From IMG/VR virus record IMGVR_UViG_3300037111_000040, positions 1-64,000 of that record: a DNA stretch of 64,000 nt, one strand, 5' to 3'. Each line of letters starts with the position of its first letter. Positions within the stretch are counted from its first letter, which is position 1. This document shows positions 37,704-47,100 of the stretch, one piece after another. Position numbers and translations under genes: made by a program. The DNA is from a virus. The notes below the pieces were generated by a model. That model was given only the letters and a program-made list of their open reading frames with translations, had not been told where the DNA came from and searched no databases.

Positions 37704-38984
37704 ATGCCAACGACACCGACCGATCCTCTCTTCAACGAAATTGATTCTTCGAACTTGGAGAGCGTCCGCAAGGAAGTAGTCTGGAATAACTTCTTCGTCG
37801 GAACTCCGTTCCTCGAAGAGCTACGCCGTGCGGGAGTAGCCGATCCGTACCTTGGCGGCGCTGGCATGACCGAGCCCTTCCTCTACGGTCGTCCGCAGGG
37901 AGCAGGCGTCAATCCGGGTCAGACGATCACGGTAACGCGCCAGCAGATCACCGACAAGCTGAAGTTCTACGAGAAGGGGTACGCGTCTTGGTTCCCGATG
38001 GACGACTGGGAAATGGACGACGGCTCCGGCACGGGCGGCGTCATCAACTCCGGTCCCTCGCGCATTTTCGATCTGTATGCGATCTTCATGGAAGCTCTCG
38101 TGATGCAGATCAACACCATGCTCGAAATGGACTCGTTCCGCCACGGGCAGCAATCTTCATCGACCGTTCAGGACAACCGCTACAAGGTGTCGAACGGCTT
38201 GGACGAGGCCCTCAACAACGGCATCGACACGTCGCTGTACGGCAACCGCTACACCTCTTACGGCCAGCAGGCTCGTAACGGCGCGGTTGGCGTTGCGATC
38301 AACACGACGCCGCTCTACCTCGGCCAGCAGGTTACGACCGGAACGGCGGCAGCGCCGTCAACGAGCAACCCCGGCCAGATCAACTTCGGTTCGTTGATCC
38401 AGCTTTGGTCGCAGTGCAAGGTCACGGGCGGACAGCCGAAGTTGGGCATCACGAACGTCTTCGGCTTCAAGGCCATCGCGATTGCGCTCGATGCATACCG
38501 GCGCGATATTTCGAACACGAAGCACGACATCACGTGGGACGCGCTCGAATTCAACGGGACGCAGATTTACTCCGATCCCCTCGCACCATCCGCTACAGCG
38601 CAGTACTACATCCCGCTCAGCGGCAACGCAGGGGCTTCCGGCAACACGTCCTTGGTCGACGGCGTGGGATCAAACACCACGACGATTGCTTACACGACTC
38701 CGCAGTTCTTCAGCACCACAGGCGCACCTTCGCTTCTGTCGCCGACGAACTCTGGTTTGCCATCGAACTCGATCATCCAGCCGTCCGAGGCCGTCTACTT
38801 CCTGACGCCGAGCACGTTCAAGCTCAGGACCACGGACAAGCCGGGATGGAACTTCGGCGTGCGCAGGACGAGCCAGTGGAACAACGTGAGCGTCGACACG
38901 ATCTTCATGCGGTTGGCAACGAACCTGTACTGTAACCAACCACGTCAGAACGCATATGCCTTCGGCTTCACCGCCATCGGCTAA
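37704..38984 (+). CDS. probable major capsid protein
   Basis: 426 aa, strongly biased codons, follows scaffold; NNFF..TPFL...NGL...RLATNLYCNQPR layout typical of HK97-fold MCPs. Confidence 0.65.
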   Translation: MPTTPTDPLFNEIDSSNLESVRKEVVWNNFFVGTPFLEELRRAGVADPYLGGAGMTEPFLYGRPQGAGVNPGQTITVTRQQITDKLKFYEKGYASWFPMDDWEMDDGSGTGGVINSGPSRIFDLYAIFMEALVMQINTMLEMDSFRHGQQSSSTVQDNRYKVSNGLDEALNNGIDTSLYGNRYTSYGQQARNGAVGVAINTTPLYLGQQVTTGTAAAPSTSNPGQINFGSLIQLWSQCKVTGGQPKLGITNVFGFKAIAIALDAYRRDISNTKHDITWDALEFNGTQIYSDPLAPSATAQYYIPLSGNAGASGNTSLVDGVGSNTTTIAYTTPQFFSTTGAPSLLSPTNSGLPSNSIIQPSEAVYFLTPSTFKLRTTDKPGWNFGVRRTSQWNNVSVDTIFMRLATNLYCNQPRQNAYAFGFTAIG

Positions 38985-39038
38985 GACTGAGCGAAGCAGT
39001 TTTTGATTGACGGAACGAAGTAGTCAAGGAGAAACAAA

Positions 39039-39890
39039 ATGCCATTTCAGCCAGCACTTCCTACATGGCTTGCTCTGAACAACGTGAACAACTCGTCGCC
39101 CTCCGGCATGACCGATCCCATGACGGGATTCCCATACGAAGGCGGCGGGCTGAATCTCGGCGATTACTTCGACCTGACCAACGAGGAAGCTGCAACCGCC
39201 TACACGACGAACGGCATTCTCTACAATGGGCGCTACCGTTTCGTGCAAGTTGACTCGGGCGCGACCGCCGCAAACGTGAAGACGGGAACAGTCGGCTATG
39301 TGCGCTCTGGATCGACGGTCAAGTCGGTCATCGTCCTGACCCAAGGAACCGGCCAGACGGTCGGCACCTACCAAGTAGCGGCGACCGTTGGAAGCGGCGG
39401 TGGACAGGGAGCAATCATCCAAGTCATCGTCACTTCTCCCACAGCGATTTCTGTCTCTGTGCTCAACGCAGGATTCGGATACGTCTCCCCGCCGACTTTC
39501 ACCTTGGCGACGGGCGGAACTCCGGGTACCGTGGTCGCACAGTTGGGTCTCGGCCAGAACGTGGTCACGAGCGCGGACATCGCGTTGACCCCTTCAGGGA
39601 CAAACGCTGGCATCGGTCCGGTTCATCCTGTGATCTTCCTGAACTCCATCACTCCGGGCAATTACGGCTTCGTTCAGGAGAGCGGTGTGGCGACGGTTCT
39701 CGCAGCCTCTGGAGACACGCAGGCGCAAAGCCAGAACGCTCTTCCGTCCACGAGTTCGGCAGGCGAGATGGTCGCGTCATCGGCGAGCTACAGCATTCTC
39801 AATCTCGGTATCGTCATCGATCCGGTGACTGCACCGCTGGCTCACACTCCGTTCAAGATTCAGATGACAACGCCAATCTTCCAAGACTAA
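39039..39890 (+). CDS. putative capsid decoration/cement protein
   Basis: Follows MCP; GRYRFVQ and GNYGFVQ motifs with an inserted beta module. Confidence 0.5.
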   Translation: MPFQPALPTWLALNNVNNSSPSGMTDPMTGFPYEGGGLNLGDYFDLTNEEAATAYTTNGILYNGRYRFVQVDSGATAANVKTGTVGYVRSGSTVKSVIVLTQGTGQTVGTYQVAATVGSGGGQGAIIQVIVTSPTAISVSVLNAGFGYVSPPTFTLATGGTPGTVVAQLGLGQNVVTSADIALTPSGTNAGIGPVHPVIFLNSITPGNYGFVQESGVATVLAASGDTQAQSQNALPSTSSAGEMVASSASYSILNLGIVIDPVTAPLAHTPFKIQMTTPIFQD

Positions 39891-39915
39891 ATGCAGGGGA
39901 GAAGAGGAAGAAACG

Positions 39916-40254
39916 ATGATTCTCAATACGCTTACTCCAGTCTATTACCCGAACTGGATCGGGAACCGGCAGGTTTATGTGGGAACGGGGACCGGACCGG
40001 CGTCCTACAACGCCACGAATGGTGATCCATTGTCGGTTAACTTCACGCCGTTCTTCGTCGATTCTGTCCTCGGCCCCTGCATTTCCGTGAGCGGGAACTA
40101 CATTGTGTTCCCTCAGATTTCGGTATCCGGCAAAGGTGGAAGCTGGATTCTCTACTGGTACGCTTTCAACAAAGCCACTGGAGCGTTGACCACCGCATCA
40201 GCAGCCAATCTTGCGGCGGAAGTCGTTCAGTTGGGTGTTGTCGGCGGTCCGTAA
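39916..40254 (+). CDS. putative virion protein
   Basis: GPASY...GD; beta-rich; head operon. Confidence 0.5.
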   Translation: MILNTLTPVYYPNWIGNRQVYVGTGTGPASYNATNGDPLSVNFTPFFVDSVLGPCISVSGNYIVFPQISVSGKGGSWILYWYAFNKATGALTTASAANLAAEVVQLGVVGGP

Positions 40255-40303
40255 ACGACTTTTCACAAGGTCTGCTAGACCCCTCCCGGTTGCAGACTAT
40301 CAA

Positions 40304-40345
40304 GCGCCTCCCTGCGGAACCCAATCGCCGTTGGGAGGCGTTTTT
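40304..40345 (+). terminator. Rho-independent terminator after head genes
   Basis: GCGCCTCCC...GGGAGGCGT followed by T tract. Confidence 0.6.
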
Positions 40346-40362
40346 ACTAAGGAGAAGAGGAC

Positions 40363-40527
40363 ATGAAGAAGATCAAGATTCGCAATCGCAAGGGCGTCGA
40401 GCATCGTTACGCGAAGCACGCGGTTTCCACGAACGCGCACAAGAAGGGGAACCTGAAGCTGACGGTCGCGAAGGCTAAGGGCGGCAAGAAGCACAGGAAG
40501 GGTTCGCACAAGACCCTGCTGACGTAA
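40363..40527 (+). CDS. basic microprotein (54 aa)
   Basis: AAGGAG/GAGG RBS; MKKIKIRNRK...KAKGGKKHRKGSHKTLLT. Confidence 0.65.
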   Translation: MKKIKIRNRKGVEHRYAKHAVSTNAHKKGNLKLTVAKAKGGKKHRKGSHKTLLT

Positions 40528-40540
40528 GCCGGAGCCGAAA

Positions 40541-40696
40541 ATGGCGAAGCCCAAGGCAAGTTCGAAGCACCTGCTTATCGGCGCGGGCACCAAGTCGCTT
40601 GGCAGACCAGATGTCGTGTTCCCGAAAGGCCGCATGAGCCGGAAAAGCGGGAACGGCAAGACAACTTCGCGCAAGAAGCGTGTTTCGGGGAAATAG
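40541..40696 (+). CDS. basic microprotein (51 aa)
   Basis: GGAG RBS; MAKPKASSK...RKKRVSGK. Confidence 0.6.
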   Translation: MAKPKASSKHLLIGAGTKSLGRPDVVFPKGRMSRKSGNGKTTSRKKRVSGK

Positions 40697-40700
40697 GCAC

Positions 40701-40937
40701 ATGGCGACCACTGGACGCATTCTTCCGAAGGCTCCAAAGGACAGAATCCCGCCTCCAGCAGGCAAGGATGATCGCTTCTTGGAGAAGATCGGGCCGCGAA
40801 ATACTCGCTACAACGAGACGGTACGAGCGAACAACAAACGCGTCAAGCGTGGGCAACTCAAATCTATCAAGAAATTCCCGCGCGGCAAGGCGGGCGACAA
40901 GATTTGGAAAGCCAAAAAGCGTGTGGCGGGGAAGTAG
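40701..40937 (+). CDS. basic small protein (78 aa)
   Basis: MATTGRILPK...KAKKRVAGK. Confidence 0.6.
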   Translation: MATTGRILPKAPKDRIPPPAGKDDRFLEKIGPRNTRYNETVRANNKRVKRGQLKSIKKFPRGKAGDKIWKAKKRVAGK

Positions 40938-40956
40938 GAGTGGAGTGTGGGGAGTG

Positions 40957-41496
40957 TCAGTCGTAATCGGAGCGCGGAAAATTGGTGCAAGCAAAGTCGC
41001 CGAACAATTCGATGGCCTTGCGGTCGTAGGCTCGCGCTGCGTCAATCGGATCATCAAAATACCCAGCATGGTATTTCTTCCCATTAACGAGAAGCTGAGC
41101 CCTCCATCGATTGTTCCAAACCACACCTTTATATCCAGACGTATTGTGTTTTCTCTTCTCACAGTTCCCGCCATTTTGGGAAACTGTGGATGGACGCAAA
41201 TTGCTCTTCACGTTATTCAGAGTATTGCGGTCTGCATGGTCATTTATCTTTCCATTGCTCATGACTTCGTTCTGCATGGCGATCATACGTCTTGGCGGTC
41301 CATCCTTGACTTTGCTGTAGCGGCGGGCATAGTAGGAACGTGTGTACTTATTCCAAGTCGCCATCCAATTATTAGCGCTAATTCTCTCGTACTCAGAGGC
41401 ATCAACTCTGGCCGTTTTACCTTTTGTGAGGGGAATGAGTTTGATAGACTGATCGAGCGGCTGCTCAACAGGGTGACGTTTCACTCTGGGCTCCAT
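40957..41496 (-). CDS. HNH-AP2 homing endonuclease (antisense)
   Basis: IPLTKGK, DHADRNTLNNVKSNLR, SGYKGV, AARAYD; GGAG RBS. Confidence 0.85.
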   Translation of the reverse strand: MEPRVKRHPVEQPLDQSIKLIPLTKGKTARVDASEYERISANNWMATWNKYTRSYYARRYSKVKDGPPRRMIAMQNEVMSNGKINDHADRNTLNNVKSNLRPSTVSQNGGNCEKRKHNTSGYKGVVWNNRWRAQLLVNGKKYHAGYFDDPIDAARAYDRKAIELFGDFACTNFPRSDYD

Positions 41497-41571
41497 AGTC
41501 TCTCCGTGAAAGAGATTGTGCAGCAGAGAGCCGCACTGATTTCTGATTTTACCATGATCGGAGGCAGTTAA

Positions 41572-42816
41572 ATGGCCTTCGTGAACATGGTGCAAGAGAT
41601 GCTTGGAGTGCCGGGAATGAATCGCGGGCTTGCCGCGACAAGGATTAACGAGGCATTTCAGAAAATACAAAATGAGAACGTTTTTTCCTTCCAGTGCATC
41701 ACCGGAGGATGGTTAACCGCTAATCTTCTCGGGGGACCAACCTCCCAAAACTCGTTCCTGAGCCCCGGCACGATCACGGTCAATCCATTCAGCACAACCA
41801 TCACCGCCGACGTGGCCGCGACGATGGCGTGGGTCGCGCCAATCCCCTATCCTCCGTTCCTCACCCAGCAGCAGATCAGGTGCCCAAACTACTCGCTCTA
41901 CAACATCATCGCTTTGGGGAACAACGGGACGGTCGCATACGTCACGACGCTCACTCCGGGCTCGGGACAGACGCCGGGAACCTACACCGTGCCGATCACA
42001 GACCTTAGCGGCGGCGGCGCGGCAGCGACCGTCATCATCACCGTCGACGCGAGCGGGGCGGTTACGCTTCCGACGATTGTCAATGCTGTGGGAAGCAACT
42101 ACCAGACCCCATCGATCACGTTCGCCGAGGGAGGAACTCCGGCCACGTTCTCGGTCACGCTGATCGCGACGATCACGATTGACCGGCCTTGGATGGAGCC
42201 TCCGCAATTCAACGGCCCGTATGCGATCTACCAAGCCTACTATCCAGCGCCGCCGAACTTTAAGCGCTGGTTCAACATTAGGGACACAACCAACGACGAG
42301 GCGATGAACTGGTGGGATTACACGCAGATTGATCTTTCGGAAGAGGACCCACAGCGCGAGATATTCGACCAGCCTGAGTACGTTGTTCCGTTTCAGATCG
42401 ACAACAGGCCGGGGAGCCCGACGCTCGGCCAGATGCTTTTCGAGTTGTGGCCGCATCCGATTACCCAGTTGCCTTACACGTTCGCGTGCCAAGCCAATTG
42501 GCCTGCGCTAACGGCTCCTACCGATACTCTTCCGTACCCTCTCACCGAAGAGCTTGTGAAGGAGAGAGCTTACGAGATGGTGTCGCTGTGGAAGGAATCT
42601 CAGAAGGGCGACGACATGGAGCGCGGCTCCGGAGCAAACTGGCAATTCCTTGTTCAGGCTCATCACGAGGAGTACAAGGACTTGCTGAGACAGATCAGGA
42701 TTATGGACCGGCACTTGATGGAGTTGTACTTCACAAAGGCCGGAATGAGCGTACCGTTCAACGCAGGCGAGCCGTTCACGAACACAAACGGCAGCGCTAA
42801 CGTGGGCATGTGGTAA
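41572..42816 (+). CDS. putative head-tail adaptor with inserted beta module
   Basis: RINEA...FSF N-terminus, ELWPHP, helical C-terminus; position. Confidence 0.45.
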   Translation: MAFVNMVQEMLGVPGMNRGLAATRINEAFQKIQNENVFSFQCITGGWLTANLLGGPTSQNSFLSPGTITVNPFSTTITADVAATMAWVAPIPYPPFLTQQQIRCPNYSLYNIIALGNNGTVAYVTTLTPGSGQTPGTYTVPITDLSGGGAAATVIITVDASGAVTLPTIVNAVGSNYQTPSITFAEGGTPATFSVTLIATITIDRPWMEPPQFNGPYAIYQAYYPAPPNFKRWFNIRDTTNDEAMNWWDYTQIDLSEEDPQREIFDQPEYVVPFQIDNRPGSPTLGQMLFELWPHPITQLPYTFACQANWPALTAPTDTLPYPLTEELVKERAYEMVSLWKESQKGDDMERGSGANWQFLVQAHHEEYKDLLRQIRIMDRHLMELYFTKAGMSVPFNAGEPFTNTNGSANVGMW

Positions 42817-43357
42817 TTTTATGACGATTCGCAAAAGCAAATTCGCCATGCTGTTCGCGTTCGGCCTCGACGCGCCGATCTATGGCTTTTTGTTTGTCAT
42901 CTTCTTTATACTGTCCAAGATAAGTGCGTTTACCATTAGTGTTTATGTACACAATCCAGACCTGATCTCGTTCGCGCCAAGAAACTCCAGCGTGGCCGCT
43001 GTTTGTGTTCTTGTAGACGCCGCGATTTTGGCGGTTGCCGTTTTGATTGGTCACACGAAGATTGATTCTGCGGTTGTTAAGAGTATCGCCATCCCAGTGG
43101 TCTACCTGCACATTTGGATCGGTTATGCCAAGAATGTATCGGTGCATTCCCGTTCCACCATGCGTGCCTCTGGCATAAAAGCATTTCGTGTGATCGTCCC
43201 AGAGAGCAACCCAGTTTTTTATCATCAACCTTTCGTAGTCGGTTGCATCGACAACGGTTGTCTTGCCTCTAGTCAGCGCGATTATTTTGATAGACTGATC
43301 GTGCGGTTGGACAACAGGCTCTCGCTGGACGCAGTATTTGGCGGGACGCTTGGCCAT
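42797..43357 (-). CDS. HNH-AP2 homing endonuclease (antisense, paralog of 40957)
   Basis: MHRYIL, VDHWDGDTLNNRRINLR, SGHAGVSW; similar N-terminus PVVQPHDQSIKII. Confidence 0.85.
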   Translation of the reverse strand: MAKRPAKYCVQREPVVQPHDQSIKIIALTRGKTTVVDATDYERLMIKNWVALWDDHTKCFYARGTHGGTGMHRYILGITDPNVQVDHWDGDTLNNRRINLRVTNQNGNRQNRGVYKNTNSGHAGVSWRERDQVWIVYINTNGKRTYLGQYKEDDKQKAIDRRVEAEREQHGEFAFANRHKITTCPR

Positions 43358-43428
43358 GATTCCACCTCGAATGGAATTGCGGTGTTCGACCGCTTTTCCA
43401 TTCTACCGCAGCTTGAAGGAGGTTTTTA

Positions 43429-43839
43429 GTGCCCACATATCCCGGACCCGGTTTAGCAACGCTTCTTCGTGTCAACCGCCAAGGATTCTTGTGGAACGTG
43501 GAAACGGTTCCTGCGGGGACCTTTCCGGGTTCGCTGAGTCAGGGGTTTTTGCTGGAACGTCTCGACAATGCTTTCTACCCGTGGGGAGCTTCGTTTGAAG
43601 TGATCTTCTCAGCAAATCCCGGAACCTTCGAAGTAGATATTTTAGGTGCCAACATTGACGCGGCACCGAACTACATCCAACTGGCAAGCATCAAGAGCAC
43701 GGGGTCTACTGGCCAAACCGGAACAAATGGATTTGTCTGGCGCTACGACATGGCGAGCAATCTATGGCCAAAGTATGTCGCGGGGTGGATGGCCAGCTTA
43801 ACCAATGCAGTTAACGTAACACTGATGGTAACTAGGTAA
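43429..43839 (+). CDS. putative virion protein
   Basis: AAGGAGG RBS; beta-rich. Confidence 0.5.
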   Translation: MPTYPGPGLATLLRVNRQGFLWNVETVPAGTFPGSLSQGFLLERLDNAFYPWGASFEVIFSANPGTFEVDILGANIDAAPNYIQLASIKSTGSTGQTGTNGFVWRYDMASNLWPKYVAGWMASLTNAVNVTLMVTR

Positions 43840-43854
43840 CACAGGAGGAATCAA

Positions 43855-44130
43855 ATGGCTATTGGCATTAACAATGTGACATCAACGGTTAACTCGATAA
43901 CCATGAACATAGCTGGAGATGGCACAAGCACATCGATGTCGTTCGATCTCAAGAAGGCTCCATTCAATCTTGTATTCAATGACAACCCTCCAGTAGCGGT
44001 GGTAAACGATCTCGGTATTGGCGGCAGTTCCGTCAGCATTTCCGGAACAATTGTCGTTGTGACGTTCTCTTCTGCTCCGGGTAATGTCAACAATTGCACC
44101 ATCTTCTTGACCTACATCGGCCTGAGTTAG
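43855..44130 (+). CDS. putative virion protein
   Basis: AGGAGG RBS; AGDGTSTS...VTFSSAP. Confidence 0.5.
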   Translation: MAIGINNVTSTVNSITMNIAGDGTSTSMSFDLKKAPFNLVFNDNPPVAVVNDLGIGGSSVSISGTIVVVTFSSAPGNVNNCTIFLTYIGLS

Positions 44131-44198
44131 AACATTGGCCGCGTGGATGAAGTCTATCGGGAACGCTGTTTTGGTAACACTCACCGTAAGGAGGTAAC

Positions 44199-47100
44199 AT
44201 GAAGCGCCTGATTTTCCTACTGACGTTGCTCGCTCCAGTCTCGGTGCTCGCTCAGGCCACGGGATCGATTCAGGGATACTGCGACCTTGGTGGAAGGCAA
44301 GCCACAATCGCCGGACTCAACTCATCCAATTATCTTCAAGGGGTGATTCCACACTGTCTGGTCAGCGTTTACCTCACGGACTCCCAGACTCTCGCGACGA
44401 TCTACAAGGACGGAAGCAACACACCGCTTACGAACCCGTTCAAAGCAACGACCATCTCTTCGACACAGACCGGGCACTGGCTCTTCTATGCGGCGCAGGG
44501 ACAAGGGTACGACGTTCAATTGAGCGGCGGTGATCCACCTCTCGTATTCCCATCCCCGGTTGTGGCGGCTGTTGATGTATTTGCGAGTGGCGGTACCGGA
44601 AGCGGAGGCTCATGCTCACCGAACATCATCTCCGCTGGATGCACAGGTGGAACCTCAGCGCCAGCCGCACAAGCCAACATTCTCGGAAATCCAGCGGCGG
44701 GTCTCTACGCCATCAATTGCACCAGCAGTTCTGACTGTCAGCCGTCTATTCTCTCCTCCGCTTTCTTCTACCAGACCGTCCAAGCGAACACCGTTTCCCT
44801 CACGCAAGAGGCTAGGCTGAATCTCAAGTCCGGTTCCAACTCCACGGTAAGCTGCGTGGATAATCCCGGAAATAATTCGACTGACTGCACGATTAGCTCA
44901 ACTGGTGGAAGCAGCGTCACTTGGCCTACATCGGGAGACTTAGTGATTTCTAACGGAACGAATACACCTACTGGCCTTCCCCCTCAACTGAACCTTTGTC
45001 TCGGCGGCGTCGCGGGGCCGGTATTCGGGGATATGCCGTGCGTGTCATCGCTGACGACTACGGGGTCGAGTGGCGCGGCTGCCTTTAACACGGTGACCGG
45101 CGCGCTCAACATCCCGGTCTATTCGAGTGGCGGTGGCGGAGGATTTACACCGGCTAATGGAATCTTTGCCGGAGACAGCGTCAACGATGACGACGGCAAC
45201 GTGATCGAGCCGACGTTCGCCTTGACGGGATTCACCTGCACGGGCGTCACATGCACGGTGACAAACAGCGGGACGAACAACCTGGCCGCTGGCGATTGGG
45301 TCAACATGCGTTTCTCGAGCGCGTGGACTTCGACCTTCTCAGCACCGACCGACATCAGCTATTCGACCGGATACACGCTTTTCAAGGTACTCTCATCCGG
45401 CTTAAGTTCTACGCAGTTTGAGTTTAGTTTTGCCAGCAGCGGCACCTGCGCCTCAACCTGCGGCGTCGCAGCCAAGGCCACATATAACCTGCCTTTCAAC
45501 ACGGCGAATCTGGCCGGGCTCAGTGGCAAACTGACGCCCTATGTGGTGATCCCGAATCCTGTCACCGAGCAGGCGCTCAACACCTATTACTCGACAATCC
45601 TGCACCCACTGAGCGAGGCAGTGACCGGCCAGCCGACCTACTTCATCTTCGGGCAGTTAGAAAACGATGCCTTTGCGAACGGTTGCACTTCGGCTGCAAC
45701 GATCGAGGCGGCGCTTAACTCCCTATGGGCGCAGGTACATGCCGACAGCAGCTCTGTGGTGGTCTGGAGCACGAACGCCGTCAACCTCGGGCAGACCGGC
45801 CTCGGAATCTGCTCCTCCGGCTACCAGACCCTGATCGCGCTGGAACAATGGCTGCCTCTTCAAGGGAAGAGCGCGGCGAATCAGGCCAGCGGCCAGTATT
45901 GGGATGGTTTCGTTGATGTGGCTCGTGTGGTCAACGATCCGGGAAACTCATCGCTCGTTGCCGGGAACGGCGGATTCGGCCCAGGCGGCGTGAACCTGGC
46001 AGCGGCAAAGATTGCGAATGTGCTGCTCTCCGGCGTGAGTGACCCACTGGACAAGCGGAGCGACTATTTTGGTTCGGCACCCGGAGTCGCGGGGGTAGGT
46101 AACGGCTTCATGCAGATTCCCACTTACGATTCTGTTTACACCTATCAGTGGTTTTCCGCTTCATCGGGAAGCACTCTCGGCTCGCAGATCATGTCTTTGG
46201 GAACGCTATTCGGTTACCAACACCTGACTGTCAATTCAGATTCTCCAAGTACCTTCAACAGCACTAGTCAAAACAGCGGAAATCATTATCCTTCTACGGC
46301 GGCGGTGCAGGAGCCTAGCAGTTCGAGCACGGCTTTTAACTACCCCATTTTTGGCGTGTTAGGCCCGAATATGCCAACGGGCTATTCGATAAAGGAAGAC
46401 CTCGGAAGAGATAATGCAACGAACGATGTGTTGAGAATGCAATTTTATTATGCCGGTGCGGGCTCAGCTTCTAACTATGCGATTTTCGGATTGTATGGGG
46501 CAAACGGTTTATCGATTGATGGCAACGGAAATGTTGTCATTCAAGGGCTTTCTCCTTCGACAAGCCCCATATGCCCACACGGAACGGGCGGCGCGTTGAC
46601 AACCAGCGGCTGTGCTAGCGGTAGCTCGGGCCTCTCGGGCATGACAGCGACTCAGGTTGGTGTCGCTGGGTCATCCAGCACGATCACCAGCAGCAAGGCT
46701 ATTGCGGGTACTGGAGCGGGGCTGGCATCGGGACCAACTTCTGCAACTGTGGCAGGAGATGTAGTGACCTACGTGGACACGGCTGGCACACAGCAGGATA
46801 GCAGCACGCTCCTCTCATCGCTGGCTCCGAAGGCCAGTCCGACCTTCACAGGAACGCCAGCGGCCCCTACTGCGACGGGGGGCACGAACACGACGCAGCT
46901 TGCTACCACGGCTTTCGTGCAGGCGGCTATTGCGGCGGCTGGGACGGGCGCAGGCATCGTCACCTATTCGGGACCGGCGCTGACTTTTACCGGGACGTTG
47001 TACTTCCCTATCGGCGGCGGCGGCTTGTCGAGTGCGACCGAGACGAATGTGGATATCGATTCACCGGCAGCGGTCACCATTCAGAACATGACGGTGCAAT

